Source: Octopus vulgaris
Taxonomy: Eukaryota
Direction of reading: 5' to 3'
DNA: 64,000 nt
NCBI GenBank assembly: GCA_951406725.2
Contig: OX597830.1
Location: 5,270,001 to 5,334,000 of the forward strand
Part shown: one piece after another, positions 1 through 12,026 of the stretch
Position numbering within the stretch: position 1 is the stretch's first letter
Layout of the letters: the number at the start of each line of letters is the position of its first letter
Translations under genes and position numbers: made by a program
Notes under the pieces: generated by a model
What the model was told of the DNA's origin: nothing
Database searches by the model: none
What the model saw: the letters and a program-made list of their open reading frames with translations, nothing else

Positions 1-221
1 CTTTTTTTACTGTCGAATTTTATCCCTGGAAGGAAATTACGATGATCAATGGGGTAATCTGTTGTTTTTAATTCTTTAACCATCTTCTTTAGATTACAGT
101 CGCGTTCGTATTTGTTATCTTTTGAATTCACTTTTCTTAAATCTTCCTTATATCACTTTTTATTCATATTTTTAGTTGTCATGCTTTTGTTTGGCTTTTT
201 TTTTTGGTCAATATTCTGTAG

Positions 222-411
222 AGTACAAATTCTGTTAAAATTCTCAATAAATTCTTGGTATGCGGATCTTTTAGCGTTACTATTTCATTCAAGAAATCAA
301 CCGAGGATAATATTTCAAGTCTGGAGTTGTTCAACACAATTAATTGTCAATGCACAACCGATTCTTCTGAATTCAAACAACTTTACTCATCAGTATTTCT
401 CACCTCAACAG
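222..411 (+). CDS. Candidate internal exon of an unidentified + strand gene entering from the left
   Basis: Long T-rich tract plus ctgtAG acceptor; CAG|GTAAAA donor; non-repetitive; open frame VQILLKFSINSWYADLLALLFHSRNQPRIIFQVWSCSTQLIVNAQPILLNSNNFTHQYFSPQQ (a second frame is also open). Confidence 0.35.
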
Positions 412-469
412 GTAAAAATACTTCACAAACTTTGTATTTTACATGTGTGAGTATGTTTACTATTCTTTT

Positions 470-666
470 AATCGTTTATTCTTTTACTTGTTTCAGTCAT
501 TTGACTGCGGCCATGCTGGAGCACCACCTTTTTAATCGAGCAAATAGACCCCAGGCCTTATTCTTTGCAAGCCTAGTACTTATTCTATCGGTCATTTTTT
601 GCCGAACCGCTGGATTACGGGGACATAAACACACCAGCATCGCATGTCAAACGATGTTCGGGGTGA

Positions 667-701
<35 letters not shown>

Positions 702-860
702 GCGACGGGCTTCTTTCAGTTTCCATCTACCAAATCCACTCACAAGGCTTTGGTTGGCCCAAGATTATAGTAAAGACACTTGCCCAAGGTGCCACGCAGT
801 GGTACTGAACCTGGAACCATGTGGTTGGTAAGCAAGCTACTTACCACACAGCCACTCCTG
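470..860 (-). mobile_element. tRNA-derived SINE family A (CORE-like ccttgggcaagt domain; octopus OR-type), near full length
   Basis: Minus-strand head ggagtggctgtgtggtaag...ggttcagtaccactgcg with A/B-box-like motifs, internal (CA)n; many similar copies in the window. Confidence 0.85.
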
Positions 861-1153
861 TGCCTATATCAAAAAGTAATTAATATCTTTTCACTCTTCC
901 CACAAATTGAGTTTTATATGAGTCATTTGTGTCATGCACAACATATAATGATATATTTACAAGGTACAATTCTTATAATTTATATTTTGCAGTTAATGTT
1001 GTATTTTGTAAGGATGAAATGACCACATAATGTGTATTTCACCACCAATAACAAGTACTGTCAGTAGTTAACAGCCCATGTTAGTATCTAAGGAGCTCAT
1101 CCCCTTAAGTTTGAGAATTTTTTATTCACTCCTGGAAGAATGCATTATTTCAG

Positions 1154-1201
1154 CCTGGCCGTCTTTGTAGACAGTTGAAAAGAATAGTTTCAAATAAATA
1201 A
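1154..1201 (+). CDS. Candidate terminal coding exon (PGRLCRQLKRIVSNK*)
   Basis: ttattttcAG acceptor, phase-compatible with 222-411, stop followed by AATAAA repeats. Confidence 0.2.
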   Translation, partial: PGRLCRQLKRIVSNK

Positions 1202-1404
1202 ATAAAAAATCAATGATAGCATTGTTGTTGCGGGTGGTTCCCCTTAGTCTCCTGGCAACCAATAATTTTAGACCCAGTTCGCCACTGCATACTTACCAAT
1301 ACACATACAAATACACATACAAATATTAATTACATTCACACACAAACAAAACGTACTTTACATATACATTATATAACAGTATACATATATAACATAACGT
1401 ATTG

Positions 1405-1730
1405 ATTTATATCGATCTCCAGTGTTCAACTGGTACTTATTTTATCGACCCCTGAAAGGCAAAGTGGACCTCGTGGAATTTGATCTAAGAACGTAAAGAC
1501 GGACGAAATGCCCAGTGTGCAAACGATTCTTTTCTACTCTAGGCACAAGGCACGAAATTTTGAGGGAGGGGAGCCAGTCGATTAGATCGACCCCAGTACT
1601 TAATTCATCGACCCCGAAAGGATGACAGGCAAAGTCGACCTCTCCGGAATTTGAACTCAGAACGAAACGGCAGACGAAATACCGCTATGCATTTAGCCCG
1701 GTGTGCTAACGATTCTGCCAGCTCACCACA
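1405..1730 (-). mobile_element. SINE family B (head ggcggcgagctggcagaa; central cctttcatcctttcggggtcgataaa...agtacc, MetaSINE-like domain), two tandem partial copies
   Basis: Matches copies at 19167 and 58435. Confidence 0.8.
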
Positions 1731-1959
1731 TTGAACATAACACATTAACATATAATAACGGTATACATGTACAACATAACACACTATACAAATATAAGAT
1801 ACTTATAACACAGTATAAATATATAACATAGCATATAATGACATATAAAATAGTTACAAATATATAATGTAAATTGGTATATACAAAGTTTATATCATAC
1901 ACAAATTGTCATTGAAAAACAAAAACAAACAAAGGAAGATGTGTTTGTTTTTCTTTCTT

Positions 1960-3207
1960 TTATTGTTGAATTTTTCATTTTATTGTAAATTATATTACAG
2001 AAACAAAAGACAGTTTTTTATTGAAACATTTCCTATAACAGTCCAATCTCAGCACAGTTATTTACCAATTCCACACACGAGTCAAAAAGTAATTTCCATA
2101 TAAAAATAGAACGCTCAATAATATATGTAATAGAGAAAAAAAAAATGTCTAAAATCTGTCGAAAAATAAGAATTTGTCAATTTATATCAAATATATTTTT
2201 TAACGAAGAGAAAAGAAAGAAAAAAAACTGGGAAGCAACAAAAAAATCTCCCTCTCTCCCTCTCACTCCCTCTCACTCTTTTTCTTAAATTTTTTTCTGT
2301 AATAATAGTTATTTCGTGTTGCAATCCGTTATAACAAAACATTGATTTGAATTCCATTTAATTGTAACAGAAATATCATTTCAAAATGAGATGAATAACA
2401 ATTATTTAGATAAAGGGGGGAAATATTTTGTAAGGGAATTGTGTATGCGGTGCAAGTTATGTTCTGTTCAATTCGCTCGACTCTTCTTGCAATTTGACAG
2501 AACTCTGTGCATGGGGTGAAGGGTAAAATGAAAGAAAACTGCAATAAATACACTACACATGCTACAAAATAAAAGACAACTCATTAAATATTTTAGTAAT
2601 AATTAGTTAATGTATGAAGAAATAATTATAAAGTGAATAAATAAATGTAATTAAAACACAACAGTACAAACTGGAATGGGAACCAAAATGAAGCAGTTAT
2701 TACTTGCAACAGTGTTAGAAATAGTTGTATTAGTAGCCGCGGTATCATCGATTTTTAACAATCAACAATAATACAACAGTAATACAATAGTAATAACGTA
2801 AAAAATACCAATCATCAAGGGAGCCTGAAACTGCTTCCGAAAACGAGACTTCACAAAGAAATATAGGGAGTCGTCGAACTTGTTGAATAGGCAAATTTTT
2901 CGAAAGCTTTTCATCCAAGCAAAAAATGATTTAAATATAACATGTCCGTGGTAGCAAACAAAACAGTTGGCAATCAGCGCTTAAACTGATCTGTCGAACC
3001 GCTGGAAAGAGCAGCCTATTATCCCTCAAAATCACTCCTTGACGTTAAATAAGAGCGAGGGAATCTCCTCGTATTTCCTCTCCAAGTTTTTTCACGCAAC
3101 TGGCAGTATGGCGAGTATATTGGCGAAGTGTTCCTCGCCGGTTTCCAGAATTCACAAAGGAAAAGACAAGAGTGATTGCTTCTTGTCTTAAAATAAATGC
3201 ACCAATT

Positions 3208-3248
<41 letters not shown>

Positions 3249-4167
3249 TGTGTGTGTGTGTGTGTGTATGGTTGGTGGTGGTGCAGGGATGGGGGAATAT
3301 AGGCAAGTTGATCTCCAATATCTGAATGGCATTTTAAATTTTGTGAAATAAAAAGGCGAAGTAGAAAACCCGAGGACTGAGAACTTAAAAGCATCTGATG
3401 ACGTCTTAATTATATAGATGCTAGTGATAATGACAATGATGATGATGATGATGATGATGATGATGGTGGTTTATCTTGGCAATATGCAACAACCTTCGGA
3501 AAACTAGGTTTCTTAACGGAGTCCTTCTCATTACTTTATTGGCGGTACTGATATTGTTTAGTCAATCATACATTTCAATGAAATGTCTGAGGTTGAAGTC
3601 ACATGGAACGACTTAAACATCGTCTGTAGATGTCTGAATTGTCCAGACATAATCTCTGACTGTCTGCAGTGCCGAGATAGTTGTAGGCATTGCCTGCAGT
3701 GCGCAGTCGCAGTTTATCACTGTTCGCACTACCCTGAAGTAGGTTGTGGCAATCTGTACTGCTTAGATACAGTTTGTAGTTGTCTGCACAGCTCACACAC
3801 AGCCTTGGTTGTTCGCAGCCTCAAGATAGTCTCGGCTTCGTCTGTGCTACTCAGATATAACTTGTAGCTGTCTGTACTACCCTCGATACAAATTTTAGAT
3901 GTTTGCAGTACCTAGATGCATCTAGGCGTTGTCTGTAGTACCAGACAAAGTCCCGACATTGCACTTAGTTGACCAGCCTGCTAGCCACAACTCGTAGTTG
4001 CCTGTACCGCCGAGATACACCTAGGCGTTTCCTATATTACTCAGAAACAAATCGTCGCTGTTTCTCTTTCACAGGCACGACTGTGATTGTCGACTCAGTT
4101 AAACATAGAACACGGTTGTCCGATAAATAGCACATCGCATATTATTTCAAAGACATCTCTTTCTTTG
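1960..4167 (-). other. Putative terminal 3'UTR exon of the LRR gene
   Basis: Begins at the acceptor at 4168, has no full SINE copies, and ends near several minus-strand AATAAA signals (TTTATT at about 1958, 1978, 2017). Confidence 0.4.
3620..4100. repeat. Highly diverged ~30-bp tandem repeat (about 15 units, tgtctgcagtacctagatacagtttgtagt-like)
   Basis: tgtctg/tgcctg/tgttcg recurs every 29-31 nt (3631, 3661, 3691, 3721, 3781...). Confidence 0.75.
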
Positions 4168-4472
4168 CTGAAAGAATCGGTAGAGCATGAAGAATAAATA
4201 TATAAACATAGTGTGTCATTAACATGGATATATCACGTGGGTGAACAATTAAATTACTGATGATTGTTTTCGAATGGCTTGTTAGAACACTTAAAGATCT
4301 CGTCTGTCATATTTCTAGGCCCTGCTTTGGGTCAGATGTAAACCTCTAATTCAAAGAAGGTCTCCTCTGGTGATAATATAAAAATAAACTTCGGAAACAC
4401 CATTCCATTTTTTTTGGGGGGGATTATATTTGGTAAAAGATTCAGCTTAAAATACAAAATTGGAACGAGAAT

Positions 4473-4525
<53 letters not shown>

Positions 4526-4714
4526 TTCAGAAATATTTTATTCAATTATATACTTTGTACATTATTGCTATAGTGTAAAATATTAGTGTAACATTAGTCA
4601 AAAGTCTAATGTATTAGTGTAGCATAGCAGTGACTTACACAGTCTAACATATCTTTTGTGACTTATATAATCTAATATAGCAAAACGTTTATAGTCTAAT
4701 ATATACGTGACTTC

Positions 4715-4930
4715 AGGCGGCGAGCTGGCGGAAGAATAATGGACAAAATGCTTAGCGGCAATACTTCTAGCTTTAAGTTCTGAGTTCAAATACCGCCGAA
4801 GTCGTCGTTGCTTTTCATTCTTTCGAGGACAATAAAATAAGTACCAGTTGAACATTGAGGCTCTATGTAGTCGACTGACCCTCTCTCCCATCAAACACTT
4901 CAGCTCTTAAGTCTATAAGAGAAAGAATAT
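4715..4930 (+). mobile_element. SINE family B
   Basis: ggcggcgagctggcggaa...gagttcaaataccgccg...ataagtaccag. Confidence 0.8.
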
Positions 4931-5134
4931 ATAAATGGCTTATACAGCCTCATGTAGCTGTGACTTGCTCGTATAGACATGACGGAAGAATTAGCTGCTG
5001 TTTAGTTCATTTTATGCATATATTTAATATTTACACTATTTCAATACACTTCTACATTTTTTATACGTTTTGATTGCTATCAATGTCAGGAACCAGGTTT
5101 TATATAGACGAGGTAATAATTGGGTAAAGGTGCA

Positions 5135-5465
5135 AAGACCCCCTTCGGTCATAAATAACCGAAAATTACCCTCCGCTAGAAAATTACCCTCCGAAGTACA
5201 AGTCAAGGCAAGTTCGTTTATGGAAGACCAGCAGTCGGCCATGCATACCAGCTTCCCCTCTCAACGCTACCGATGTTATCCACGGGAAAAGCAAAGGGGC
5301 CGATACAGCTTGGCACCAGTGATGTCGCAACTTATTTCTACAGCTGAGTGAACTGGAGCAACGTGAAATAAAGTGTCTTGCTCAAGAACACAACACACAG
5401 CCCGGTCAGGGAATCGAACTCACTACATCATGATTGCGAGCCCGACGCTCTATCCACTGAGCGAT
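5135..5465 (-). mobile_element. tRNA-derived SINE family C (cttgagcaagacactttatttcacgttgctccag core)
   Basis: Minus-strand head gctcagtggatagagcg...gagttcgattccc; tail ...gaccgaagggggtct; matches 13742-14077. Confidence 0.85.
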
Positions 5466-5716
5466 GTGACGAGGGAATGATAAATTAATGTTAAATACAT
5501 AAAAGTAATCGTGGATCCAATAGTGACCGACTGTTTTTAGTAAAAGGGTAACAGAATGAAGTACGGTAATTTCAAAATGGTGCATTGTGAACATCACGGA
5601 GAATTTACAGATGTTAAGACAAATTGTAAAGACATACATACACACATACATACATATATGCATACGTGCATACATGCATACATGCATACATACGTACGTA
5701 TATATGTATGTGTGTT

Positions 5717-5749
<33 letters not shown>

Positions 5750-6208
5750 GTAACTTACACATGCACACACACACACACGTAAACATGTGTGTATGTGTGT
5801 GTGCTGCGTATACACACATAATTGGAGCTTGAGGACACATTTTTTTTTTTTGAAATGGTTACGATGGATAAAGTATAAAAATAATTGCTTAAGAAATCCC
5901 TAGAATTAATGCTGGTAAATGACAAACATGAAACAATGAGACGAGCGAAATAAAATATAATGGTTGAGACGAGAAATATTTCATCATTAATAATAATATG
6001 CGTTGATGGGAGATGTGAATGTAAAAAAAAAAAATGCAAAAAAAGAACACGCCAAAAAAACAAAAAAAAAAAACAATCACCAAATGGAAACACTCAGCAT
6101 ATGTTAAAACAATGAAGTTATTTACAGTTACCCCCTTGAAACGATGGGGGGAAATAAAGATGCAAATGAGAGAAAAAAAAATTACCTAAAATTACTGTTG
6201 TTTCCTTG

Positions 6209-8563
6209 TTATATAGAATACTGTCGATTATTTCTAGTCTGTGATTTTCTGCGTCTAAAACGGAGGACAAAATAGAACAAAGAACCTGTTGCTAAGGAAA
6301 TACCCACGGTAGTTATGGAAGCTGCTGACGCCCATATTTTCAAATAGTGAGGTGATTCGTTCTGTGGTGGGCTAGTTGATACAGTGGTAGTCCTTTTTAT
6401 TGTAACAGAGGGCGATTGTTTGTCTACATTAAAAATTCTTGTTTTAAATAAGTTTGTCGACATAGCTAGAGAGGAAGAAGAAAAAGAAGTGAAGTGGTAA
6501 TGTTTCATATGTACGCTTGGTTTGTTGCTTGTCTTTGTTTGTGTTGCAACTTCGTAGCTTTTGGCAACTTTGGTATTTGAATTTTCTGTTGATTCAATTT
6601 TAGTCTGTTCAGAAGCACTCGCGTAATTGTTATTGATTTTTGAACTATTTCGTTCCATAGAGTTTGAATCGTTGCTCTTGAATTCAATTATGTTGTGACG
6701 AAACGGTGACGTTGCGCTTTGCTCCCCACTGAAACGATAGTCATCTGTATTAGCGATTTGTTCGTTATTTATTGGACAATACTCGGTCATCTTGTAGAAT
6801 ATTTCATTGGCTTCGTTACTCCACATGTCACCCACATCCTTTACTATTATTCGTTCCTCGTAAGTTTTAACGAAATTTAAAAATTCAGCGGGATCTCTTT
6901 TCATTTTTCTCAAGGTCGACATTTCAACAAACGATTCCGTAGTTAAATTATGTATTGGAAGACCTCGTAGGTTTTTCGGCATAACACAAGTAATTTGATC
7001 TTTTTGTATAAATTGATCTGGTTCTGTTGCTAACCATTTATAAAGAGTAATAAGTTCTTCGTCACAAAACCAAAGATTTCCAGCTATTTTCATAATTCTT
7101 ACCCCCGACATGTATGTTCTGACAGATGCTGGCAATGTGGTAAGATAGCCATTCATGATGTTAAATTCTTTTAGTCCCGTGGCTGTTTGATTTAGAACCA
7201 ATAAAAATGATTCTGAATTGGTAATATTTTCAATTAAAGATGGGCTTGACTGAATATCCAGTATTTCCAGAGAAGGCAAATTACCAGCGAAGTCTTCAAT
7301 TTCAATCGTTGGTTCTTGTACGAAAGTCATGTACAGTTGTTTCAGTTTCGTTAATCCTTTAAATGCATCCTTTTTTATAACCCGCAGAGGACATCTGTTT
7401 AACGTTAGCGTTTCTAGATTCGTCAAACTAGAAAAAGCCCGGTCTTGGATATGTACAAGGTGATTGCCATCGAGTATCAGTTCCTTAAGATTTAGCAAGT
7501 CCACAAATGCGTCCTCGCTTATGTTATCCAAATTATTGCCTTGTAATGAAATTGTTTGCAAGGCCGAATTTTCGGGAAAAGTATTCGAAGGGATTTTCTT
7601 GATCTTATTATAGTCTAGCACTAATGATGTCAAGGAAGGTGGTAAATACTTGGGGAAAACTGAAATTGCGTTGTGATTCAGCCACAGTTCCTGAAGATTT
7701 GTAAATCCACCGAAAGTTTTATCTTCTATAGAATTTATTCTGTTATTATCAAGTATCAACATTTTTAAGAAAGTTAGGTTCTTGAGATTATCTCGTGAGA
7801 TTGATTTCAGCTTGTTCATACCTAAATTTAAATATTCCACAGTCTTTGGCATTTCTGAAGGAAATACCCGTATTTCGCATCTAGATAAATCCAACATCTG
7901 TAGAGGAATTCCATCGGGAAGAGATTCGCTAATACCGTCAATCTTATTTTGATCAACTTTCAATATCGATAAATTTTTCAAGTTCTGAAATGCTTTCAAA
8001 TTAAGCTTTTTCAGCAAATTATTGCTAAGTTCTAATAGTTTTAGGTGAACTTGGTCTGAAAAACTGTTTTCGTCGAGATGACTAATGAGATTTTCGGAAA
8101 TATACAAGTTTTGTAAATTAGTAAGATTTTTTAATATTCCGTTTATATCTGATAGTTTATTTGTGGACAAATCCAAATCACGAAGATTCGAAGCTCCTGA
8201 AAAAGTACCAGGATTCAAAGAATGCAAATAATTCCGTTGTAAGTATAACGCAGACAGTTGAGGGAGTTCTTTAAATGTCTTCTCATCAATCACAGAAATC
8301 TGATTGTCACGCAACGATAAACGCGTAAGCATTTTCAGATTTTGGAATGGCGTGCTTTCCAAACTTCGAATATTATTGTTATTTAGATTTAAATATTTTG
8401 TGTCTATTGGTATATTTAAAGGAACAGAGGATAAATTGGCACCGATACAATCGACTATATTTCCGTGACAGGAACATTTCAAGGGGCAGCCAAGGCCGAT
8501 TACACACTGTGGCAGCACTATGGTAGAAAACAGCGTAAAAATTCTCCAGAAATACAGGCGCAT
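6209..8563 (-). CDS. Single-pass (type I) leucine-rich-repeat transmembrane protein, about 784 aa, LRRNT-LRRs-LRRCT-stalk-TM-short tail; intronless CDS
   Basis: Uninterrupted ORF. The first ATG is at 8563 (the ORF track starts 8 codons earlier at a GTG). Signal peptide MRLYFWRIFTLFSTIVLPQCVIG; LRRNT CPLKCSCHGNIVDC; roughly 15 LxxLxLxxNxI/L repeats; LRRCT-like NLWFCDEE...ITCVMPKNLRG; S/T/N-rich stalk; hydrophobic IWASAASITTVGISLATGSLFYFVL followed by RFRRRK; no TIR, Ig or FN3 domain seen. Confidence 0.95.
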   Translation of the reverse strand: MRLYFWRIFTLFSTIVLPQCVIGLGCPLKCSCHGNIVDCIGANLSSVPLNIPIDTKYLNLNNNNIRSLESTPFQNLKMLTRLSLRDNQISVIDEKTFKELPQLSALYLQRNYLHSLNPGTFSGASNLRDLDLSTNKLSDINGILKNLTNLQNLYISENLISHLDENSFSDQVHLKLLELSNNLLKKLNLKAFQNLKNLSILKVDQNKIDGISESLPDGIPLQMLDLSRCEIRVFPSEMPKTVEYLNLGMNKLKSISRDNLKNLTFLKMLILDNNRINSIEDKTFGGFTNLQELWLNHNAISVFPKYLPPSLTSLVLDYNKIKKIPSNTFPENSALQTISLQGNNLDNISEDAFVDLLNLKELILDGNHLVHIQDRAFSSLTNLETLTLNRCPLRVIKKDAFKGLTKLKQLYMTFVQEPTIEIEDFAGNLPSLEILDIQSSPSLIENITNSESFLLVLNQTATGLKEFNIMNGYLTTLPASVRTYMSGVRIMKIAGNLWFCDEELITLYKWLATEPDQFIQKDQITCVMPKNLRGLPIHNLTTESFVEMSTLRKMKRDPAEFLNFVKTYEERIIVKDVGDMWSNEANEIFYKMTEYCPINNEQIANTDDYRFSGEQSATSPFRHNIIEFKSNDSNSMERNSSKINNNYASASEQTKIESTENSNTKVAKSYEVATQTKTSNKPSVHMKHYHFTSFSSSSLAMSTNLFKTRIFNVDKQSPSVTIKRTTTVSTSPPQNESPHYLKIWASAASITTVGISLATGSLFYFVLRFRRRKSQTRNNRQYSI

Positions 8564-8764
8564 GACGGCTGGCTTCTTGTTATACACTGATAGGTTCTGT
8601 AATCCAGTGAGAGGTTTTATTTATAAAGATTTAAGCTGACCACCAACTATATAACCTCCTCTGTTTAATTGGTTTGTTAAGGAGAATGACCTCGAGTTGC
8701 AGTGCCACTCACTTCACTCTGACTTGCTTCTTTTCTTTTTTGCATTTGGCCAGGACTGCTGGTT

Positions 8765-8791
8765 CAACAGCAATAGCAGCAACAACAACAG

Positions 8792-8842
<51 letters not shown>

Positions 8843-8863
8843 ATAATAATAATAATAATAATA
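8765..8863. repeat. Compound (CAA)/(CTA)n/(TAA)n microsatellite upstream of the LRR gene
   Basis: Directly visible. Confidence 0.95.
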
Positions 8864-10167
8864 GAGTGCAGAGAAGCAAAAGACGGAAACTATAAGAGGA
8901 AAAAGAAAGGAAATTGAACACACACACGCACGCACGCACATATACGCACACACGCACACACAAGTATATATGCATATATAAACAAATATATATTCACACG
9001 AGCATATATACAAGCATATACCTTCACATACAAAGCACATTCATTCACTCACGCGAATACGCACACATAGACGAACGCGGAAGTGTATTTGGTATCAAGT
9101 ATTGCCGCTTAGGGATTGGTCAGTTGGCTTAAGATGACTGGACGTTAAGTATAATAAAATAAGCACCATTATTAAAATGGAGGAAACGATGGGAAAAATA
9201 AGGAAGCTAAATATAGTCGTTTCAAAGTAAAACGTCTTCATTTCATAGAAAAAACTTCTAAATAAGAATTAAGCGGAATTCTTTTTTTTTTTTTTTTGCT
9301 TGTGTGTTCTTAAGATACATTTCTGCAATCTCTAACTCCTTTAGCACTTGTTAATTTTATATTCTTCTGTCTGTTTTTAGTTTTTAATCAAATATCTCGT
9401 CGTTGTAGTTTTTGCATTTTTTTTTCTCAAGAGTAAAATCTAATGTTTGTACTTATTACCTCCGGGTCGCATGGTGTTTTTCTGTTTACACAGACGTGTA
9501 ATCTTCCTCTTTTTGCCAAACTCTATTACACTCTTGTCTGTTTCTTCATTTTTCTCTCTGTTCATACTTCTCAAGATGCATGGTTGCATTCTTATCAGAC
9601 AGTTCTTTGTAAAATTTTCATTCTTGAATTGTTATCTACAAATGTATATCGGTTTAATAAATAGCAAAGAGAAAAAAAACAAAGAGAAAGAAAAAAGAAG
9701 AAATAATTCCAGTATCTGAAGAAGCTAATAATGGTCTGAGTTGGCAAAAGACAGTTTTAGTTCTGCCCGAAACTCTAAAACTTAAATCTTGTCATGGAAC
9801 ACAAACTTTGCTTATTTCACGAAAGATTCCGTTTAGTTTAAATAAAAGAAAATCTTAGAATCTAATTCTGATGGTAGTTTATTCATGTGGAAAGGAAAGG
9901 TGTTGATTGGTAGAACCGTCAGAGTCAGATAAAATGGCTTTACAGTGTGCTTTCTGGCTTCGTATATTATGTGTTCAAATTCCGCCGTGGACAGTTTTGC
10001 CTTCCATCAATAAGCGATCGATAAAGTAAAGTGACATACTGGGATCGATGGAATTGACAAACCTATCTCCATTGCTGGCTTTGTGCCGGAATCAGAAATA
10101 ATTAATATTATGGAAGTAAAACAAAGAAAATTAGGAAGAAATAAAGTGAAAATCAGTAAAGAAATAA

Positions 10168-10425
10168 GCTTAGGCGTGAATGTGTGGCAAGAAGCTTGCT
10201 TCCCAATCACATGGTTATAGGTTCAGTGCCACATGTAGCACCATGGGCAAGTGGCTTCTACTATAGCTTGGGGCCGACCAAATCCTTGTGAATGAACTTA
10301 GTGGACGGAAACCGAAAGAAGCCCGTCGTATGTGTGTGTGTGTGTGTGTGTTTGCCTTTCTGTTTATGTTTGTGTCCCCCTTATCACTTGATAACCGGTG
10401 TTCGGTTGTTTACATTACCGTAACT
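10168..10425 (+). mobile_element. SINE family A, partial and diverged
   Basis: gtgtggcaagaagcttgcttcccaatcacatggtt...gaaagaagcccgtcgta. Confidence 0.75.
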
Positions 10426-10686
10426 ATCTACTGTCTTCTCAATGAAGTGGCCTATTTAAAAAAAGTCTTCTTTTGATAAATAGAATTTATCAATGTTCCT
10501 TGAGGAGAGATCTGTATCAACTCTTGTTTCTTGCCTTTCAACCAGTTTATAAGCTATCCTGGTTATGTTATATATTTATATGTATGTGTACGTATATACA
10601 TACATACATACATACATGCATACATACATACATACATACATACATACATACATTCATACATACATACATACATACATACATACAGA

Positions 10687-10775
<89 letters not shown>

Positions 10776-10866
10776 CCTGTGCTAAGCACAAAATCTTGTC
10801 GATTGAATAACTTTGTACCTTCTGCCGATTAGCAATAATAATGATGATGATAATAAAAATAGGAAT

Positions 10867-10919
<53 letters not shown>

Positions 10920-10929
10920 GGTGATGATA

Positions 10930-11150
10930 AACCTTTCCACTAAAGGCACAGGCCCTGAAATTTTGCGGGGGGAGACTAGTCGAGTACATCGATCCCAGTG
11001 TTTCAGTGGTACTTAATTTATCGACCCCAAAAAGATGAAAGTCAAGGTCAACCTCGGCGGAACTTAAACTCAGAACGTAGCGACGGACACAATACCGCAT
11101 TTTGCCCGGTTAAGCATTTTGCTTATGATTCTGTCAACTCGCCGCCTTCA
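10930..11150 (-). mobile_element. SINE family B
   Basis: ggtacttaatttatcgacccc...aactcagaacg...actcgccgcc. Confidence 0.8.
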
Positions 11151-11169
11151 CGATGATATGCGCATACAT

Positions 11170-11680
11170 AATTTTAACGCAGCTGAGATTCCTCTCACGC
11201 GCTTCTCTGAAGTACCCGGTGTTGTTGCCTTCTTGATCCTAATTGGTAGACAATTCTGACTTCCAGTGGCTTCTGTATTGGATGCCTTAATCAATAAGTC
11301 TGGTCAGTTTTGAGACATTCACTCAGTACTTGGCTTGTGTGTCCTGTTGGTTAGAGTTACTAATATATTTGTTATTAATTATCGGTAACCGAAAGGTTTC
11401 ACTTCATAACGTATAGAGTTGAAAGAATTTTTTTTATATGTTTATTCTTGCATCTTTAGCTCGGCATCATCACTTGTCCTTTCCTAGTAATTTTGGTTGC
11501 AGTAGTAATGACGTGCTGGGTTTGTCGTCTTTATATGTCAATGGTTGCTTTCATTGCTTCTGGCCATCTGTGTAGCAGTATTAACTAACTTTCATGCTGT
11601 TTCTGTTAAACAGCTTGTGGTATTTGTTGTTATTGACAAAATGCTTGTTTATCAACGCGAGGAAGTGTCCAGCTATGTTA
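11170..11680 (-). mobile_element. Penelope-like retroelement fragment (RT thumb/linker region), degenerate
   Basis: 11679-11581 reads NIAGHFLALINKHFVNNNKYHKLFNRNSMKVS*, matching the PLE motif NIGxxFLxLIDKHF...LHKIFNRNTVKLSY; the left boundary is approximate. Confidence 0.7.
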
Positions 11681-11983
11681 TGTCAGCAAACGCGCATACA
11701 TAATGATACGACATAAATGATCACATACAGATATATATATACATAAACGCATATATGTGTGAGTGTGTGTGTGTATGTGCGTGTGTGTGAGGGTGTGTGT
11801 GCGTGTGTAGAGATATGTGTATAAATTTGTATGCATATATATGTATGTGTATGTTTATATATCATATATGCGTATATATATGTATATATATATATGCGTA
11901 TATATATGTATGCATGTATATACATACATACATATATATATATATACACACATACATACACATATCAATACACGTGTATATAT

Positions 11984-12026
<43 letters not shown>

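Larger units (their letters stand above)
4168..6185 (-). other. Putative 3'UTR intron of the LRR gene
   Basis: Minus-strand donor TTAG|GTAATT 23 nt after the stop codon; acceptor ttcttcatgctctaccgattctttcAG at 4168; the interval holds SINEs and microsatellites. Confidence 0.45.

Noticed and set aside
780-1022. Recurrent ORFs such as MPKVPRSGTEPGTMWL and RPRRNLNSER
   Set aside because: Translations of SINE families A and B.
3390-3425. CTGATGA at 3395 (and at about 21693) as hammerheads
   Set aside because: No downstream GAAA/NUH arrangement; probably chance matches.
3583-3867. Cys-rich ORF as a metallothionein or keratin-associated gene
   Set aside because: The frame breaks mid-array, a downstream unit has a stop, and it is antisense to the presumed UTR; kept only as a repeat finding.
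5380-5465. SINE heads as functional tRNA genes
   Set aside because: Only A/B boxes are retained, there is no full cloverleaf, and they continue into SINE bodies.
8564-8587. ORF-track start of the LRR protein at 8587
   Set aside because: It is a GTG; the first in-frame ATG at 8563 directly precedes the signal peptide.
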